NCBI GenBank assembly: GCA_965226795.1
Contig: CBDDDZ010000005.1
Coordinates: 864,001-928,000, forward strand
Source: Candidatus Latescibacterota bacterium
GTDB taxonomy: Bacteria > Latescibacterota > UBA2968 > GCA-2709665
DNA length: 64,000 nt
Direction: 5' to 3'
Part shown: positions 60,830-64,000 of the stretch, one piece after another
How positions within the stretch are numbered: the first letter of the stretch is position 1
Layout of the letters: each line of letters opens with the position of its first letter
Notes under the pieces: generated by a model
Seen by the model: only the letters and a program-made list of their open reading frames with translations
What the model was told of the DNA's origin: nothing
The model's database searches: none
Made by a program: the position numbers and the translations under genes

Positions 60830-61479
60830 TGGGAAACGATAATGTTATGGCATCAGTTGACGTAACAGACCTCCAGGGCGAGGTGGTGGGATCCGTCGAA
60901 CTCCCGGAGACGATCTTCGGGATTGAACCTTCTCACCCTGCCATCTATAATACGGTCAAGATGTATCTGACAAACCAGCGCCAGGGCAACGCCCATACCA
61001 AGACGCGCGCGGAGGTTCGGCGAAGCAAGCGGAAGCTGTATCGGCAAAAGGGCACGGGACGGGCGAGAGCTGGCACCGCATCATCTCCAATACGGGTTGG
61101 TGGCGGGGTTGCTCACGGCCCCAGACCGCGAGAGCTGAGCGAGCGCGTGTCCAAGAAAGTGCGGCGCTTGGCACTGAAATCGGCGCTTTCACTAAAGGTT
61201 CCGGACGGGGCGATCAAAGTGGTGGAAGACTTTACGTTTGACGCACCCAAAACAAAACATATGGCAGCGATGACGCAGGCCATACAGATAGACGATCGGA
61301 AGGTTCTTTTGCTCACGCCGGAGACGGCGCCGAATGTCCTGAAGTCATGTCGGAATTTATCCAACCTCCAGGTGCGGCCGGTAGTTCAGGTCTCGACATA
61401 TGATGTGGTCACTGCTGACGCGGTCGTCTTCACCAGGGAGGCCCTGGGAAGGCTGCAGGCCACCTGGGGGGCGGCATGA
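60829..61479 (+). CDS. rplD: 50S ribosomal protein L4
   Basis: RQGNAHTKTR, RQKGTGRAR, GGGVAHGPRPR; start may be ATG60847. Confidence 0.97.
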   Translation: MGNDNVMASVDVTDLQGEVVGSVELPETIFGIEPSHPAIYNTVKMYLTNQRQGNAHTKTRAEVRRSKRKLYRQKGTGRARAGTASSPIRVGGGVAHGPRPRELSERVSKKVRRLALKSALSLKVPDGAIKVVEDFTFDAPKTKHMAAMTQAIQIDDRKVLLLTPETAPNVLKSCRNLSNLQVRPVVQVSTYDVVTADAVVFTREALGRLQATWGAA

Positions 61480-61769
61480 AAAAAGACTTCAGAGATATCA
61501 TCCGCAGGCCGCTGATTACCGAACGGGCTTCCGAGCTCCAGGAAGATCACAACAAAGTCGTGTTTGTAGTTCGTGTCGATGCCAACAAGCTGGAAATCAA
61601 AAAGGCCGCTGAAATGATGTACAATGTAAGGGTGCTGAAAGTCAATACGTCATCCGTCTCTGGAAAGCTGAAGAAAATGGGTCGGTTTCAGGGCCGCCGT
61701 GCAAACTGGAAAAAGGCGATCATTACCCTTGCGGACGGTGACACCATAGACTTTTTCGGAGAATCCTGA
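61476..61769 (+). CDS. rplW: 50S ribosomal protein L23
   Basis: PLITE, ANKLEIKKA, WKKAIITL. Confidence 0.97.
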   Translation: MKKDFRDIIRRPLITERASELQEDHNKVVFVVRVDANKLEIKKAAEMMYNVRVLKVNTSSVSGKLKKMGRFQGRRANWKKAIITLADGDTIDFFGES

Positions 61770-61772
61770 TCA

Positions 61773-62591
61773 ATGCCTGTCAAATCGTTCCGACCGCTTA
61801 CCCCCTCGCTGCGGTTCAAAACCGTCTCCTCGTTTGAGGAAATTACACGATCTCATCCCGAGAAGTCACTCGTTGAGGCGAAGAAGAAGAGCGGTGGGCG
61901 AAACAATATGGGCCGCATCACGAGCCGCCACCGCGGCGGCGGCCATCGTCGACATTACCGCGTCGTTGATTTCAAACGCAACAAGTTCGGTATTCCGGCC
62001 AAGGCGAACTCGATTGAATACGATCCGAATCGCTCCGCCAGAGTTGCGCTTCTCCATTATGCGGACGGCGAAAAGCGGTATATTCTGGCGCCCACGGGTC
62101 TCGAAGTCGGCGCTCAGGTGGTTTCAGGCCCGGACGCAGACGTACGGCCCGGCAATGCGCTGCCTCTCGAGAATATCCCGCAGGGTACCCATGTTCACAA
62201 TGTCGAATTGCAGCCAGGTAAGGGCGGACAGTTGGGCCGGTCCGCCGGAACCGGAATTCAGATCATGGCCAAAGAGGGCAAATTCGCGCAACTCCGCCTG
62301 CCTTCCGGCGAGGTTCGCCTCGTGCCGGTGACGTGTTACGCTACCGTCGGACAGGTGGGAAATCAGGAACATGAAAACGTCGTCTTGGGAAAGGCGGGTC
62401 GCAACAGGTGGCTGGGGAAGCGGCCGTCGGTGAGGGGCGTGGCGATGAATCCCATCGATCATCCGCACGGAGGCGGGGAGGGACGTTCCTCGGGTGGCGG
62501 ACATCCGGTAACGCCCTGGGGGGTGCCCACGAAGGGATACAAAACGAGAAAACGCAAGAAACAATCCAACAAACTCATCGTGAGAAAATAG
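61773..62591 (+). CDS. rplB: 50S ribosomal protein L2
   Basis: [35 protein letters not shown]. Confidence 0.99.
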   Translation: MPVKSFRPLTPSLRFKTVSSFEEITRSHPEKSLVEAKKKSGGRNNMGRITSRHRGGGHRRHYRVVDFKRNKFGIPAKANSIEYDPNRSARVALLHYADGEKRYILAPTGLEVGAQVVSGPDADVRPGNALPLENIPQGTHVHNVELQPGKGGQLGRSAGTGIQIMAKEGKFAQLRLPSGEVRLVPVTCYATVGQVGNQEHENVVLGKAGRNRWLGKRPSVRGVAMNPIDHPHGGGEGRSSGGGHPVTPWGVPTKGYKTRKRKKQSNKLIVRK

Positions 62592-62620
62592 CGCAAGAGA
62601 TAACCTCCAGCGAGGATTTA

Positions 62621-62908
62621 ATGGCACGGTCGCTTAAAAAAGGTCCTTACGTGGACCAGGGCCTTCTGGCGAAGATCGACGGAATGAACAAATCGGGTAA
62701 TAAGCGCGTGATTCAGACGTGGGCTCGCCGTTCGACGATTTCTCCTGAATTTGTAGGGCATACGCTCGCGGTGCATAACGGAAATAAGTTCATTCCGGTT
62801 TACGTCACGGAGAATATGGTGGGTCACAAGCTGGGTGAATTCGCCCCTACACGTACTTTCCGGGGGCACACGGGAAGCCTCACCGAGCGTTCGACGGGGC
62901 TGAAGTAG
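62621..62908 (+). CDS. rpsS: 30S ribosomal protein S19
   Basis: [27 protein letters not shown]. Confidence 0.98.
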   Translation: MARSLKKGPYVDQGLLAKIDGMNKSGNKRVIQTWARRSTISPEFVGHTLAVHNGNKFIPVYVTENMVGHKLGEFAPTRTFRGHTGSLTERSTGLK

Positions 62909-62987
62909 GTTCGGTACACCTTGTGGCCCTTTGCCCCGCCTGTCGATGTTGGGCTGTGGGTATCGGCACGCGTGAGGAAGGATTTTG

Positions 62988-63329
62988 ATGACGGCCAGGG
63001 CAGTCTCCAGATATGTCAAGATTTCACCCCGAAAAGCACGACAGGTGGTGGATCTAGTGCGTGGTAAAGGGGTTGAAGAAGCGTTTCACATTCTTCAGTT
63101 TACACCCAAAAAGGCGGCCCGGATCGTGGAACGCACGCTGCGGTCGGCGGTGGCCAACGCCGCCAACACGGAGGCGTCTGCGGTAAGGGAAGAAGGCCTG
63201 TACGTTCATGAGGCGTTCGTGAACGGCGCGATCGCCTTTCGTCGGATTCGTCCAATGCCTCGCGGCGCCGCCGGGACTATCCGAAAACGCTGCAGCCATA
63301 TTACGCTGGTCGTATCAGACGACAATTAG
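62988..63329 (+). CDS. rplV: 50S ribosomal protein L22
   Basis: ISPRKARQVVDLVRG, SAVANA, SHITLVV. Confidence 0.97.
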   Translation: MTARAVSRYVKISPRKARQVVDLVRGKGVEEAFHILQFTPKKAARIVERTLRSAVANAANTEASAVREEGLYVHEAFVNGAIAFRRIRPMPRGAAGTIRKRCSHITLVVSDDN

Positions 63330-63347
63330 TCGTCGGGAGGATTTTAC

Positions 63348-64000
63348 TTGGGCCAGAAAACACATCCAATCGGATTCCGACTGGGCATTGTAAAAGACTG
63401 GCGTTCTCGCTGGTTTGCCGGCAAGGATTTTGCCGAACTGCTCAAAGAAGATTTGATGCTGCGGCGTTACATAAAGAGCAGACTTCATCGGGCAAGCGTG
63501 TCTCAAATTGAGATAGAACGCGCGCCGAAACGTGTCACCATTTCGGTACACACCGCTCGTCCCGGAATTGTGATCGGTCGTAAAGGGCAAGAGGTGGACA
63601 AGCTCAGAGACGAACTGAAACACATCACCGGCAAAGAGATTTATATAAATATCCAGGAAATCAAGCGTCCGGAATTGAATGCACAGTTGGTCGCCGACAA
63701 TATCGCACGTCAGTTGGAGCAGCGTGTCTCTTTCCGACGAGCCATGAAAAAGGCCATTGCGTCGGCTATGCGCATGGGTGCCGACGGCATTAAGATTGTA
63801 TGTGGCGGACGCCTCGGCGGCGCGGAAATGGCACGAATCGAAAAGTCGGAACCCGCCGGTAGGGTTCCGTTGCATACGCTTCGGGCCGACATCGACTACG
63901 CAACCTCCACAGCCTTTACAAACTCCGGCACGGTGGGGGTCAAGGTGTGGGTGTGTCACGGCGAGGTCGTCGTGGAACGGCGCATTCCGGGAGTGCTGTC
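63348..64000 (+). CDS. rpsC: 30S ribosomal protein S3 (runs off the window edge)
   Basis: Not in the ORF track; TTG start after [43 protein letters not shown]. Confidence 0.97.
   Translation, partial: MGQKTHPIGFRLGIVKDWRSRWFAGKDFAELLKEDLMLRRYIKSRLHRASVSQIEIERAPKRVTISVHTARPGIVIGRKGQEVDKLRDELKHITGKEIYINIQEIKRPELNAQLVADNIARQLEQRVSFRRAMKKAIASAMRMGADGIKIVCGGRLGGAEMARIEKSEPAGRVPLHTLRADIDYATSTAFTNSGTVGVKVWVCHGEVVVERRIPGVL

Noticed and set aside
1..64000. CRISPR array, rRNA, integron, prophage or intact transposase
   Set aside because: None recognised on reading through the window

Overview
GC-rich bacterial chromosomal window. The RpoB and ribosomal protein style suggests an FCB-group-related lineage such as Latescibacterota; this is a weak inference. 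1-25 kb is accessory and metabolic: a Cys-motif protein running off the left edge, a DegT aminotransferase, a rhodanese/MauE pair, two FG-GAP/ASPIC-UnbV proteins, NhaC, a K+ channel, TIM-barrel epimerase, RidA, RsbW-like and enolase-family genes. Within it lies a decayed island (about 15.0-22.3 kb) holding HigB/HigA and ParE-like toxin remnants, a duplicated gene 3' end, a truncated type ISP/IIG R-M gene, a decaying polyamine-type ABC transporter and a frameshifted PLD-nuclease/P-loop NTPase fusion. 25.6-38.5 kb is a moxR-DUF58-bat operon with a gldAFG-DUF4340-like ABC module inserted in it. 38.7-41.4 kb carries a plant-like threonine synthase and cystathionine gamma-synthase separated by a SAM-II riboswitch with a terminator/antiterminator platform. 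43.5-64 kb is core: four tRNAs, rpmG, secE-nusG, rplKAJL, rpoBC, the str operon and the start of the S10 operon. RpoB and S12 have non-canonical residues at the rifampicin and streptomycin sites. All family assignments come from motif recognition by eye; no database searches were run.
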